Assembly: GCA_036375695.1 (NCBI GenBank) | Contig: DASVBU010000007.1 | Coordinates: forward strand, 5,380-69,379 | Direction of reading: 5' to 3' | DNA from: Acidimicrobiia bacterium | GTDB taxonomy: Bacteria; Actinomycetota; Acidimicrobiia; Spongiisociales; ZC4RG35 | DNA: 64,000 nt | Shown: in pieces, positions 21,418 through 31,058 of the stretch | Layout of the letters: each line of letters starts with the position of its first letter | Numbering within the stretch: position 1 is the stretch's first letter | Notes under the pieces: model-generated | Seen by the model: only the letters and a program-made list of their open reading frames with translations | What the model was told of the DNA's origin: nothing | Databases searched by the model: none | Position numbers and translations under genes: made by a program

Positions 21418-22124
21418 GGTTCATCTGGTCGGCGGCCAGCCATCAAGGCATGGTCCGACAGAACAACGAGGATGCGCTCTATCCCGACTCGGCCGGCGAG
21501 TCCGCCGAGGTCGTGACCCTCATGGTCGCCGACGGGATGGGCGGCCACGTCGCCGGTGAGGTGGCGTCACGGCTCGCCGTCAACGCCGCCGCGGCGACCG
21601 ACGAGCTCTCACCCGCCGACCGGGTGGCAGCCGGCAACCGGGCCATCCGCGAGGAAGTGGCGCGCGAGCCCAGCCTGGAGGGCATGGGGACCACGATGAC
21701 CCTGGTCACCCTGGACCCCGCGGGGAAGGCCCGGTTCGCCCACGTCGGCGACTCCCGCGCCTACCACTATCGCAAGGGCGAGCTCCGCCAGGTGACCCAG
21801 GATCACACCGTCGCCGCCGAGTACGTCTCTCAGGGCCGCATCGCCCCGGAGGAGGCGGCGTCACATCCGCAGCGTCACATGCTCACCCGAACCCTGGGCT
21901 TGACCCGTTTCGTCAACGTCGACGAGATCGACCTCGACCTGGAAGCGGGGGACCGCATCCTCCTCTGCTCCGACGGGCTCACCGAGATGGTTCCCGACAA
22001 GTTGATCGGCGAGGTGCTCGACGAGAAGGGTGTCGAGGAGGCGGCATGGCGGTTGATCGACCTGGCCAACGCGGCAGGAGGGCTGGACAACATCTCGGTG
22101 ATCGTCATCGAAGCATTGGACTGA
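21414..22124 (+). CDS. pstP: PP2C-family Ser/Thr phosphatase (PstP-like, catalytic domain only)
   Basis: 236 aa. 'VRQNNEDA', 'VADGMGGHVAGEVAS' and 'LCSDGL' are PP2C metal-binding motifs. There is no TM or extracellular extension. Confidence 0.8.
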   Translation: MRFIWSAASHQGMVRQNNEDALYPDSAGESAEVVTLMVADGMGGHVAGEVASRLAVNAAAATDELSPADRVAAGNRAIREEVAREPSLEGMGTTMTLVTLDPAGKARFAHVGDSRAYHYRKGELRQVTQDHTVAAEYVSQGRIAPEEAASHPQRHMLTRTLGLTRFVNVDEIDLDLEAGDRILLCSDGLTEMVPDKLIGEVLDEKGVEEAAWRLIDLANAAGGLDNISVIVIEALD

Positions 22125-22125
22125 C

Positions 22126-23421
22126 ATGACCCGAAAGGCCGAGCTGGCCAGCATCGTCACCGCCTCGGCTCTCGCCTCGTTCGGGGTGACCCTCGTCAAC
22201 TTCGCCAGGGACGCGGGCATCGACGTCCAGGTGGGCGTCACCTTCCTCGTCTTCGTGATCGCCTTCGGCGGCCTCTCGCTGGCGACGCAGCGCTGGGCGC
22301 CCAAGGCCAGCCCACTGCTCCTTCCCTTGGTGGTGGCCATCACGGGCCTGGGGTTCATGACGGTGTTCTCCCTCTCGGCAACGCGGGCAGGGCTGCAGAG
22401 GTGGTGGATCCTGATCGGGTCGGCGACGGCGACGACGGTGCTGTGGCTGCTGGCCGGAAGGGGCACCTCCCTGCTCCGTCGCTACCGCAACCTGATCCTG
22501 CTGGTGTCGGTGGTCTTGCTCCTGCTGCCCAACCTGCCCTCCGGCTGGGGATTCCCGCTCAAGGGCCTGGAGCAGGGTGGGTCGCGTCTCTGGGTGACGC
22601 TCGACCTCGGGTTCATCTCCATCGGGTTCCAACCCGCGGAGCTCGCCAAGCTGGGTCTGGTCGTCTTCTTCGCCGGCTACCTGGCAGACCATCAACGCGC
22701 CCTACGCGAGGCGCACCGCAAGTTCGGGCCGTTCCGCTTCCCCGAGCCACGCCAACTCCTCCCCCTCCTCTTCGCCTGGGGGGCCAGCGTGGTCATCCTG
22801 ATCTGGCAACGGGACCTGGGCGCCTCGATCCTTCTCTTCGCCGGCTTCGTCCTCCTCCTCTACGCCGCCACCGGCACCTCCGGGTATCTGGTGACCGGGG
22901 GGCTGCTCACGCTGCTCGCCGGGTTCGCCGCCTATTACAGCTTCGACCACGTCCAGCGCCGGGTCGCCGCCTGGCTCTGGCCGTTCCAGCACTACGCCGA
23001 CGAGGGTTACCAGATCGCGCAGGGAGCGTTCGCGCTGGCGTCGGGGAGTCTCGCCGGGGCCGGGCCCGGGCTGGGCAGACCCGACCTCATCCCCAACGCC
23101 TCCACCGACTTCATCTTCGCCGCGGTGGGAGAGGAGCTGGGGTTGGCCGGGTCCGTCGTGGTCATCGCGCTCTACGCCCTGCTCGTCGCCGTCGGCCTGG
23201 GCGTCGCGTTTCGCAGCCGGGACACCTTCCGCAAGCTCCTCGCCGCCGGTCTCACCCTCACCCTCGGTGTCCAGGTGTTCCTCATCGTCGGAGGGGTTCT
23301 CCGGCTCGTCCCGCTGACCGGGATCACATTGCCGTTCATGTCCTATGGCGGGTCGGCGTTCGTCGGCAATCTCATCCTGGTCGCGCTCCTCCTCCGGATC
23401 AGTCACGAGGAAGCGCCATGA
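22126..23421 (+). CDS. rodA: SEDS-family peptidoglycan glycosyltransferase RodA/FtsW
   Basis: 431 aa, polytopic, with 'DFIFAAVGEELGLAGSVVVI' and 'GVLRLVPLTGITLPFMSYGGSA' as SEDS signatures. Confidence 0.85.
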   Translation: MTRKAELASIVTASALASFGVTLVNFARDAGIDVQVGVTFLVFVIAFGGLSLATQRWAPKASPLLLPLVVAITGLGFMTVFSLSATRAGLQRWWILIGSATATTVLWLLAGRGTSLLRRYRNLILLVSVVLLLLPNLPSGWGFPLKGLEQGGSRLWVTLDLGFISIGFQPAELAKLGLVVFFAGYLADHQRALREAHRKFGPFRFPEPRQLLPLLFAWGASVVILIWQRDLGASILLFAGFVLLLYAATGTSGYLVTGGLLTLLAGFAAYYSFDHVQRRVAAWLWPFQHYADEGYQIAQGAFALASGSLAGAGPGLGRPDLIPNASTDFIFAAVGEELGLAGSVVVIALYALLVAVGLGVAFRSRDTFRKLLAAGLTLTLGVQVFLIVGGVLRLVPLTGITLPFMSYGGSAFVGNLILVALLLRISHEEAP

Positions 23422-24872
23422 ACGGGCCGATCCGCCGTCTCGCCGTCGGCTTGTACCTCGCCTTGGGGGCCCTCCTCGTGTCGGTCACCTGGCTGCAGGT
23501 GATCCAGGCCGACGCCCTGAAGCTGGATGTCCGCAACCCGCGGCCGGCCCTGACGGTCCGGGGCAAGGAACGGGGCGTCATCGTCACCGTCGACGGCACC
23601 GTGGTCGCCCAGTCGGTGCAGGAGGAGAACAGCCGCGACTTCCTCCGTCAGTACCCGGAGGGTGGCACCTTCGCCCATGTCGTCGGCTTCTCCTCGTACC
23701 TGGTCGGCGAGTCGGGGATCGAGGCCGCCTACTCGAACCAGCTGCGTTCCCGGCGGGACCTGACCATCAGCGACATCATCGCCGTGATCTTCGGAGCCGA
23801 CCTGGCGCCGAGGAACCTGGAGCTGACCCTCGACGCTCGCATCCAGCGCGCCGCCGCCGAGGCGTTGGGCGACCTCACCGGCGCAGCCGTGGCGCTCGAC
23901 GTCCAGACCGGAGCGGTGCTCGCCTCCTATTCCAACCCCACCTTCGATCCGGCGTCGCTGGTCTCCGACGACGCCGCCGCCAACTGGGAGGCCCTCCTCG
24001 GCGAGCCGACACGGCCTCTCGCCGACCGAGCCACCAGGGAGCTGTACGCACCGGGCTCGACCTTCAAGGTGGTGGTGGCGGCGGCCGCGATGGACACGGG
24101 CATCGCCACCCCGAGCACGATCTTCGCCGACCCGGTCCGGTTCCAGCTCCCCGGGTCGACCGCCACCATCTCCAACTTCGACGGGGGTGCCTGTGGTGAC
24201 GGCAACTCGGTCCAGCTCCGCCGGGCCTTCGTCCGCAGCTGCAACACGATCTTCGCCGACCTCGCCATCCAGACCGGGGCGCCCAACATCGGCCTCACCG
24301 CGGACGGAATGGGTTGGAACCGCCAGCTCGACTTCCCCTGGGATGTCCCGGAGGCGACCTTCCGGACCGAGGACCTGTCTGTCGACTCCGCCGCGCTGGG
24401 GCAGAGTGGCATCGGGGAACGCGACGTGCGCGCCACGCCGTTGCATATGGCGATGGTGGCTGCGACGGTTGCCAACGACGGTGTGGCGGTGACGCCCTAC
24501 CTGGTGCGACGCGTCTTCGACGCGGACGGGATCACGGTGGAGGAGACCGAGCCGACTCCCATCGGCAGGGCGATGAGTTCCGAGACGGCGGCCACTCTCC
24601 GAGAGCTCATGACCCAGGTCGTGACCGACGGGACGGGTCGGAGGGCGGCCGTTTCCGGCGTCCAGGTGGCCGGCAAGACCGGCACGGCCACGGGTGTCGG
24701 CGACTTCTCCAACGCCTGGTTCATCGGTTTCGCACCCGCCGAAGACCCCCGAATCGCCTTTGCAGTGCTGGTGGAAGGCAACGAACGGACCGGCCCGAAC
24801 GCCACGGGTGGGACGGTGGCGGCGCCCATCGCGGCGCGCATCGTCGAGGCCTGGCTTGAAACCACCCGCTGA
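23418..24872 (+). CDS. pbpA: Penicillin-binding protein PbpA (class B transpeptidase)
   Basis: 484 aa. 'GSTFKVV' is the SxxK motif, 'SCN' is SxN, and 'KTGTA' is KTG. The start overlaps the rodA stop in an ATGA arrangement. Confidence 0.85.
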   Translation: MNGPIRRLAVGLYLALGALLVSVTWLQVIQADALKLDVRNPRPALTVRGKERGVIVTVDGTVVAQSVQEENSRDFLRQYPEGGTFAHVVGFSSYLVGESGIEAAYSNQLRSRRDLTISDIIAVIFGADLAPRNLELTLDARIQRAAAEALGDLTGAAVALDVQTGAVLASYSNPTFDPASLVSDDAAANWEALLGEPTRPLADRATRELYAPGSTFKVVVAAAAMDTGIATPSTIFADPVRFQLPGSTATISNFDGGACGDGNSVQLRRAFVRSCNTIFADLAIQTGAPNIGLTADGMGWNRQLDFPWDVPEATFRTEDLSVDSAALGQSGIGERDVRATPLHMAMVAATVANDGVAVTPYLVRRVFDADGITVEETEPTPIGRAMSSETAATLRELMTQVVTDGTGRRAAVSGVQVAGKTGTATGVGDFSNAWFIGFAPAEDPRIAFAVLVEGNERTGPNATGGTVAAPIAARIVEAWLETTR

Positions 24873-24908
24873 GTTGGGGCGTCACACTTCCTACAATCGC
24901 TTGACCGC

Positions 24909-26861
24909 ATGCAAACCCCCACGGCCCTGACCGAGCGCTACCAGATCACGTCCCACCTCGCCCGGGGGGGCATGGCCGACGTGTACGAGGGGCAGGACAC
25001 CCTTCTCAACCGCCGCGTCGCCATCAAGGTGCTCCACTCCCAGTACTCGTCCGACGAGGCGTTCGTGAAGCGCTTCCGGCGGGAGGCCCAGGCCGCGGCC
25101 AACCTGAGCCACCCCAACATCGTCGGCATCTTCGACTGGGGCCAGGCGCAGAACACCTACTTCATCGTCATGGAGATCGTCGAGGGACGGTCTCTGCGCG
25201 ACGTCCTCAAGTCGGAGGGCGCTCTGCTCCCGAGACGTGCGATCGAGATCGCCGCCGAGACCGCAGCCGCCCTGTCCGTGGCCCACCGGGCCGGTCTCGT
25301 CCATCGCGACGTCAAGCCGGGCAACATCCTCCTCGCCCGCGACGGCACCGTGAAGGTGACGGATTTCGGCATCGCCCGGGCCTGGGACGACAGCCAGGAG
25401 CTCACCCGAACCGGTGCCGTGATCGGCACGGCCACCTACTTCAGCCCGGAGCAGGCCCAGGGCGCTCCCGCCGACGCCCGCAGCGACGTCTACGCGCTGG
25501 GGGTCGTCCTCTACGAGATGCTCACGGGACGCCCGCCATTCCTGGGGGACAGCCCCATGTCGGTGGCGTTCCAGCACGTCTCGGCCGAGGCGCCGGCACC
25601 CTCTTCGCTCAACCCCGACGTCTCCCGTGACCTCGACAACGTCGTGATGAAGGCGCTGCGCAAGGATCCGGCCGCCCGGTACCAGTCCGCGGAGGAGATG
25701 CGTCAGGACCTCCTCTCCGTGCTCGCAGGGGAGCCGATCTCGGCGGAGATCCCGCTGCCGGCCGTCGTCGGCGGCGGTGAGGACGGCACCCGTCTCCTCC
25801 CCTCGATGCCACCGCCCACGGCGCTCCCCGACGAGGTCTACCGCCAGATCGAGGAGGAGCCGCCGTCGCAGGTGCCCTTCATCGTCACGGCCTTCGCCCT
25901 GCTCGCCGCATTGGGAATCCTCGTGTTCTTCCTCTTCCGCAATGCGATCGGGACGGGCGAGGACATGGTCGTCATCCCCGACGTCGCCGGTCAGACGCAG
26001 GACGTGGCCCTTCAGATGCTGCGCGCCGAGGGCTTCGTCCCGATCCCCGTGCCCGAGCCCAACGACGAGATCGAGACCAATGTCGTCATCAGGACCGACC
26101 CGCCCGCCGGTGAGGAGGCACCGGAGGGATCGAGCGTGTCCGTCTACGTGTCCTCCGGACCGGCCGAGGTGGTGGTGCCACCGGTCGTTGGCCAGCCTCT
26201 GGACGAGGCGGAGGAGGCGATCACTGCTGCCGGACTGACCGTGGGACAGGTCACCGAGCGCCCCGACGCCAACTTCGAGGCGGGTGTGGTCCTGGAACAG
26301 TCCCCACCCGGAGGGGTCCGGGTCGGCCGCAATGCCGCCATCAACCTCGTGGTGTCGAGCGGCCCGGAGACCGTGGTGGTGCCCGATGTGGTCGGCAAGT
26401 CCGAGCGTGACGCCACGGCCGAGCTCAACGCCCTCGACCTGCTGGTCCGGCCCCAGGACGAGTACTCGGACGAGGTCCCCGAGGGAATGGTGATCCGGAC
26501 GGATCCCGAGGCCGGCACCGAGGTCACCATCGGCGACACCATCCTGATCGTGGTCTCGCAGGGCCCGGCACCCGTCCAGGTGCCCGATCTGCGGGGCATG
26601 ACGGAGCAGCAGGCGCGTGAGGCCGTCGAAGCCCTGGGGCTGAAGCTCAACGTGGCGGCTGGCCGCCAGCCGGTTGCCGACCCGGCCCAGGACGGGTTGG
26701 TGGTGGCGCAGGTGCCCAACCCCGGTCTGACCGTGGACAAGGGCAGCACGGTGACCATCACGCTGGGGCAGTACCAGGCGCCGCCCACCACGACGACACC
26801 CCCCACCACGACCACCACCCCCGGGCCTCCACCACCTCCGGGACCGCCCGGAAATCCCTAG
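24909..26861 (+). CDS. pknB: Ser/Thr protein kinase PknB with four PASTA domains
   Basis: 650 aa. The kinase motifs are 'VAIKVL', 'VHRDVKPGNILL', 'VTDFGIA' and 'SPEQA'. A TM segment and four PASTA repeats follow (e.g. VPDVAGQ..., VPPVVGQ..., VPDVVGK..., VPDLRGM...). Confidence 0.9.
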   Translation: MQTPTALTERYQITSHLARGGMADVYEGQDTLLNRRVAIKVLHSQYSSDEAFVKRFRREAQAAANLSHPNIVGIFDWGQAQNTYFIVMEIVEGRSLRDVLKSEGALLPRRAIEIAAETAAALSVAHRAGLVHRDVKPGNILLARDGTVKVTDFGIARAWDDSQELTRTGAVIGTATYFSPEQAQGAPADARSDVYALGVVLYEMLTGRPPFLGDSPMSVAFQHVSAEAPAPSSLNPDVSRDLDNVVMKALRKDPAARYQSAEEMRQDLLSVLAGEPISAEIPLPAVVGGGEDGTRLLPSMPPPTALPDEVYRQIEEEPPSQVPFIVTAFALLAALGILVFFLFRNAIGTGEDMVVIPDVAGQTQDVALQMLRAEGFVPIPVPEPNDEIETNVVIRTDPPAGEEAPEGSSVSVYVSSGPAEVVVPPVVGQPLDEAEEAITAAGLTVGQVTERPDANFEAGVVLEQSPPGGVRVGRNAAINLVVSSGPETVVVPDVVGKSERDATAELNALDLLVRPQDEYSDEVPEGMVIRTDPEAGTEVTIGDTILIVVSQGPAPVQVPDLRGMTEQQAREAVEALGLKLNVAAGRQPVADPAQDGLVVAQVPNPGLTVDKGSTVTITLGQYQAPPTTTTPPTTTTTPGPPPPPGPPGNP

Positions 26862-27094
26862 TGGTAGTTGGTGGTCATCGCGAAACCGATCGCGATGGCG
26901 ACCAGCCCGCCGAACATCACGATCTGGTCCAACTGGAAGACGAATCTGGCCAGTACGGCGAGCACGCCCACGATCATGAGCCCGGCCATCATGGCCACGT
27001 ACCAGGTCGGGCTGGGCTCCTTGGCCTTGGACGCCGCCTGTGCAGCCGATGACAGCGGTCGGCTCTTCGGCTTGCGGCGCTTGGATTCGGGCAT
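26858..27094 (-). CDS. crgA: Cell division protein CrgA
   Basis: 78 aa from ATG 27094 (MPESKRRKPK...). It has two TM helices and a C-terminus '...TTNYH', which is the CrgA family pattern. It is convergent with pknB. Confidence 0.7.
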   Translation of the reverse strand: MPESKRRKPKSRPLSSAAQAASKAKEPSPTWYVAMMAGLMIVGVLAVLARFVFQLDQIVMFGGLVAIAIGFAMTTNYH

Positions 27095-27200
27095 GGCGCC
27101 GGCGACGCTAGCGCAAACGACCCACCCCACGAAAGTGACTTACACGCGTGTGATTCTCCACAACCTGTGGAAGATTCCGTGGATAACTACAAGGGTGTAA

Positions 27201-27288
27201 GTACTTGGTACTGGGCACCTGGTACCTGGACCACGGCGGTGCCGCTCAACGGGGATGAGTCCGAGTACCCAGTACCGAGTACCAAGTG
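27201..27288. repeat. GTAC-N3-GTAC palindromic motif cluster upstream of crgA (copy B)
   Basis: gtacttggtactgggcacctggtacctgg and gagtacccagtaccgagtaccaagtg. Shares a 17-mer with 14667..14684. Confidence 0.4.
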
Positions 27289-27305
27289 CGGAGGCACTGA
27301 CGAGG

Positions 27306-27551
27306 TCAGGGCCTCCAGACCGGCACCATCTCCTCGCGACAGTGCTTCGGTGGCTTGTCCTCGGCCGGGTTGACCATCCGCATCGTGACCTCGGCGCCAC
27401 ACACCGTGCAGCGATAGTCCTGGTCTGTCGTCACGATGTCGGTCGGATCGACCTCCGGCGGCTTGCTGGAGAGCATTCGGATCAGAACCATCGCCACGGA
27501 CCAGATGACCACCGCCATGCCCACCGCCAGAAGTACGTCGAGCAGGCTCAT
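27306..27551 (-). CDS. Small membrane protein with CxxC...C motif
   Basis: 81 aa from ATG 27551, with an N-terminal TM (LLDVLLAVGMAVVIWSVAMVLI) followed by 'YRCTVCGAEVTMRMVNPAEDKPPKHC'. Confidence 0.4.
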   Translation of the reverse strand: MSLLDVLLAVGMAVVIWSVAMVLIRMLSSKPPEVDPTDIVTTDQDYRCTVCGAEVTMRMVNPAEDKPPKHCREEMVPVWRP

Positions 27552-27573
27552 CTGACGCCCTGGCTGGGCTGGT

Positions 27574-28752
27574 TCACACCCGCTCGATGATGGTGGCGTT
27601 GGCCATGCCACCGCCCTCGCACATGGTCTGAAGCCCGTAGCGACCGCCCGTCCGCTCCAGCTCGTTGAGGAGGGTGGTCATCAGCCGGGCGCCCGAAGCC
27701 CCCAGCGGGTGGCCCAGGGCGATGGCGCCACCGTTGACGTTGGTCCGCTCCCAGAGGGCCGCCGGGTCGGAGCCCCCGTGCTCCATTCTCCAGGCGGCGA
27801 TCACGGAGGCGAACGCCTCGTTGACCTCGAACAGGTCGATGTCGTCGACGCCGAGACTGGACCGCTCCAGGGCCTTCTCGGTTGCCGGAATCGGACCGGT
27901 GAGCATGATCACGGGGTCGACGCCAGCCATCACCATGGTGCGGATGATCGCCCGTGCCTCGAACCCGAGACGCTCTGCGGTGTCCTCACCCATGATCAGG
28001 AGGGCGGCAGCCCCGTCGGAGATCTGGGAGGAGTTGCCCGCGGTCACCTTGCCGTCGGCCTGGAACGCCGGCTGTAGGGAGGCCAGCTTCTCCAGGCTGG
28101 TGTCCTCACGAATGCCCTCGTCCCTGGTGACGGTCCTGGTGTTGCCCTCCTCGTCGGTGACCTCGACCGGGACGATCTGGGTCTCGAAGCGGCCCTCGGA
28201 GGTGGCCCGTGCGGCGCGCATGTGCGAGTCGAGCGAGATCTGGTCGAGCTCCTCGCGGGAGATGTTCCACTTCTCGGCGATCATCTCGGCGGAGATCCCC
28301 TGCGGCACCAGGCCGTTGGCGTAGCGCTCCATCATCTTCGGCCCGAAGGGAAGACCGGGGCCGTTCTGCACCGAGGAGCCCATGGGCACCCGGGTCATCG
28401 ACTCGACACCGGCGGCGATGACTATGTCCTGTACGCCCGACATGACGGCCTGGGCTGCGAAGTGAACCGACTGCTGCGACGAGCCGCACTGGCGGTCGAT
28501 GCTGACGCCAGGGACCGACTCGGGGAACCCGGCGGCGAGCAGGGCGTTGCGGCCGATGTTGTACCCCTGTTCACCGACCTGGCCGACGTTGCCCATGATC
28601 ACGTCGTCGACCAGAGAAGGATCGAGGTCGTTGCGCTCCACGAGCGCCCGAAGCGGGATCGAGGCGAGATCGACGGCGTGGATGTCCTTGAAGACCCCGT
28701 TGCGACGCCCCACCGGAGTGCGAACGGCGTCGACGATCACGGCATTGCGCAT
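27574..28752 (-). CDS. Acetyl-CoA C-acyltransferase (thiolase)
   Basis: 392 aa. 'VIVDAVRTPVGR', the active-site Cys region 'DRQCGSSQQS', and the C-terminal 'NVNGGAIALGHPLGASG ... CEGGGMANA' motif. Confidence 0.85.
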   Translation of the reverse strand: MRNAVIVDAVRTPVGRRNGVFKDIHAVDLASIPLRALVERNDLDPSLVDDVIMGNVGQVGEQGYNIGRNALLAAGFPESVPGVSIDRQCGSSQQSVHFAAQAVMSGVQDIVIAAGVESMTRVPMGSSVQNGPGLPFGPKMMERYANGLVPQGISAEMIAEKWNISREELDQISLDSHMRAARATSEGRFETQIVPVEVTDEEGNTRTVTRDEGIREDTSLEKLASLQPAFQADGKVTAGNSSQISDGAAALLIMGEDTAERLGFEARAIIRTMVMAGVDPVIMLTGPIPATEKALERSSLGVDDIDLFEVNEAFASVIAAWRMEHGGSDPAALWERTNVNGGAIALGHPLGASGARLMTTLLNELERTGGRYGLQTMCEGGGMANATIIERV

Positions 28753-28794
28753 GTCACTCCTTTCAGGTTCGAGCCTATCAAGGCCACCATCTCA

Positions 28795-29238
28795 TCACCG
28801 ATCCGGCTCCAGATAGCGGGGACCGACCCCGGTCCGCCCCGCGACGTCCTGCGGATTGAGCAGACCGCACCTGTTCATGGACAGGCAGCCACAGCCGATG
28901 CAGGAGTCCAGTTGGTCCCGCAGGAGCTGGAGACGGGCGATCCTCTCGGTGAGCTGGTCACGCCAGACGCTGGAGACTCGCTCCCAATCGGCCTGGCGGG
29001 CGACGCCCGATGGCAGCTCCTCCATCACTGCGGAGATCTCCTCGAGACTCAGGCCGACCCGCTGCGCGGCCCGGATCACGGAGACCCGTCTGATGGTGGA
29101 GCGACGGAAGCGTCTCTGGTTGCCGTCGGTGCGCTCCGATGCGATCAGCCCCTTGTCCTCGTAGAAGCGGAGGGCCGAAGTGGCGACCCCGGTCCGCCTC
29201 GACAGCTCCCCGATGGTGAGCAGATCCGTTGAATCCAT
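28795..29238 (-). CDS. soxR: Redox-sensitive MerR-family regulator SoxR
   Basis: 147 aa with a MerR HTH 'LTIGELSRRTGVATSALRFYEDKGLI' and the [2Fe-2S] cluster motif 'CIGCGCLSMNRCGLLNP'. Confidence 0.85.
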   Translation of the reverse strand: MDSTDLLTIGELSRRTGVATSALRFYEDKGLIASERTDGNQRRFRRSTIRRVSVIRAAQRVGLSLEEISAVMEELPSGVARQADWERVSSVWRDQLTERIARLQLLRDQLDSCIGCGCLSMNRCGLLNPQDVAGRTGVGPRYLEPDR

Positions 29239-29259
29239 GGTCTCCCGAGAATCGACTTG

Positions 29260-29279
29260 ACTTCAAGTTAACTTGAAGT
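29260..29279. promoter_or_regulatory. SoxR box (perfect 20-bp palindrome) in a -35/-10 spacer
   Basis: ACTTCAAGTTAACTTGAAGT is flanked by ttgact (-35-like) and tacgtt (-10-like). It is divergent from soxR and directly upstream of the SDR gene. Confidence 0.7.
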
Positions 29280-29293
29280 TGTACGTTGCGCAC

Positions 29294-29980
29294 ATGATGA
29301 GATGCGCAATAGTGACCGGAGCCTCACGCGGTCTGGGGCTCGCATTGACGAGACAGCTCTCGGCGGACGGTTGGAAGGTGATCGTCGACGCCCGCCACGG
29401 CGACGATCTCGCCGCCGCCACGGCAGAACTCCCGGGTGTGGAGGCCGTCCCCGGGGATGTGGCCGATCCGCTCCACTGGGCAGACCTGATCGAAGCCGTA
29501 CGGGCGGTGGGACGTCTCGACCTCCTCGTGAACAACGCCTCGACACTGGGTCCGACGCCGCTACCGGCGCTCGCCGAGGTGGACCTCGACGAGTTGGCCC
29601 GGGTGTTCGACGTCAACGTCGTCGGGCCACTCGGTCTGATCCAGGCGGCCCTGCCATTGCTCACCGAATCCCACGGCGTGGTCGTCAACGTCACGTCCGA
29701 TGCCGCCGTCGAGGGGTACCCGGGATGGGGCGCCTACGGGGCCTCCAAGGCGGCACTGGAGCAGTTGAGCCGGGTGTTGGCGGCCGAGGAGCCGAGGATC
29801 TCCGTCTACTGGGTCGACCCTGGCGACATGCGGACCCGGATGCATCAGGACGCGGTGGGCGACGAGGACATCTCCCATCTCCCGTCACCCGAGCACAGCG
29901 TCCCCGGGATGATCCGTCTCATCGAAGAGCGGCCGCCTTCGGGCCGATACCAGGTGCAGGGTCTGGAGAGCCCCGTATGA
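29294..29980 (+). CDS. SDR-family oxidoreductase (likely SoxR target)
   Basis: 'AIVTGASRGLGLAL' is the Rossmann TGxxxGxG, 'NNAS' follows, and 'YGASKAALE' is the YxxxK catalytic motif. Probably a leaderless start at ATG 29294. Confidence 0.8.
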   Translation: MMRCAIVTGASRGLGLALTRQLSADGWKVIVDARHGDDLAAATAELPGVEAVPGDVADPLHWADLIEAVRAVGRLDLLVNNASTLGPTPLPALAEVDLDELARVFDVNVVGPLGLIQAALPLLTESHGVVVNVTSDAAVEGYPGWGAYGASKAALEQLSRVLAAEEPRISVYWVDPGDMRTRMHQDAVGDEDISHLPSPEHSVPGMIRLIEERPPSGRYQVQGLESPV

Positions 29981-31014
29981 CGGCTCTGGCGCGGGAGTCC
30001 CTGGCCGAGACCGGCTCCGCCGGTGCGCCGCCGGAGCGCATCGGGCTCCGTCGTGACGGCGTCCGCCTCATGGTGGCCATCGGTGAGGACATCATCCACA
30101 CCCGGTTCTCCCGGATCGGGGAGTTCCTCGACCCGGGCGACGTCCTCGTGGTCAACGTGTCCAGGACCATCCCCGCCTCGTTGGACGGCGAGGCATCGGA
30201 CGGGACCCCGGTGCGCATCCACCTCTCCTCGCCGATCAGCGACACCCTTTGGACGGTCGAGCCACGGCAACCCGTGGGTACGGGCTCGTACCGCTGGGTC
30301 GACTACGACGGTGGTGTGGTCCGTCTTCCGGGTGGGGCGGAGGCGGTGTTGTTCACTCGCGACTCCCGGACGCCGCGTCTCTGGATCGCGGAGTTGCGGG
30401 GTCTCGGCGACACGATGGCGTACCTGCGGGCCTACGGGGCACCCATCCGCTACGCCCACACCAATCGCCCGTGGCCGCTCTCGGACTACCAGAGCGTCTA
30501 CGCCCGGGAGCCCGGCTCGGCGGAGATGCCGAGCGCAGGCCGACCGTTCACCACCAGTCTGCTCACGTCCCTCGTCGCCAACGGTGTGACGATCGCGCCG
30601 ATCGTGCTCCACGCCGGCGTCGCCTCGTTCGAGGAGGGCGAGCTCCCCGACGTCGAGCGCTACCGCGTCCCCGAGACGACGGCGCGGATGATCAACCAGG
30701 CCAGGGAGGCGGGCTCGATGGTGGTGGCGGTCGGGACCACCTCGGTCCGCGCCATCGAGACGGTGACCGACACCAGCGGAGTCGTCCACCCCGGATCGGG
30801 TGTCACCGACCTCATCATCACTGCGGAGCGTGGCGTGCGGGGTGTCGATGGCATCCTCACCGGCTGGCACGAGACCGGCGCATCGCATCTGCAGATGGTC
30901 GAGGGCGTCGCCGGCCGGGACCTCGTGGAACGCGCCCACGCCGAGGCTTCGGCCAACGGGTACCTGCGTCACGAGTTCGGCGACTCGCTGCTGGTGACGC
31001 GGCGGACCACCTGA
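29977..31014 (+). CDS. QueA-like protein (S-adenosylmethionine:tRNA ribosyltransferase-isomerase family)
   Basis: 345 aa. 'VVAVGTTSVRAIE' matches the QueA VGTTSxRxLE signature and 'LHAGVASF' matches LHVGxGTF. The start overlaps the SDR stop. Confidence 0.6.
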   Translation: MTALARESLAETGSAGAPPERIGLRRDGVRLMVAIGEDIIHTRFSRIGEFLDPGDVLVVNVSRTIPASLDGEASDGTPVRIHLSSPISDTLWTVEPRQPVGTGSYRWVDYDGGVVRLPGGAEAVLFTRDSRTPRLWIAELRGLGDTMAYLRAYGAPIRYAHTNRPWPLSDYQSVYAREPGSAEMPSAGRPFTTSLLTSLVANGVTIAPIVLHAGVASFEEGELPDVERYRVPETTARMINQAREAGSMVVAVGTTSVRAIETVTDTSGVVHPGSGVTDLIITAERGVRGVDGILTGWHETGASHLQMVEGVAGRDLVERAHAEASANGYLRHEFGDSLLVTRRTT

Positions 31015-31058
31015 TCCCGGGTTCGTGCCATGATCCACAGGCCCGCGAGAGGAGAGGG

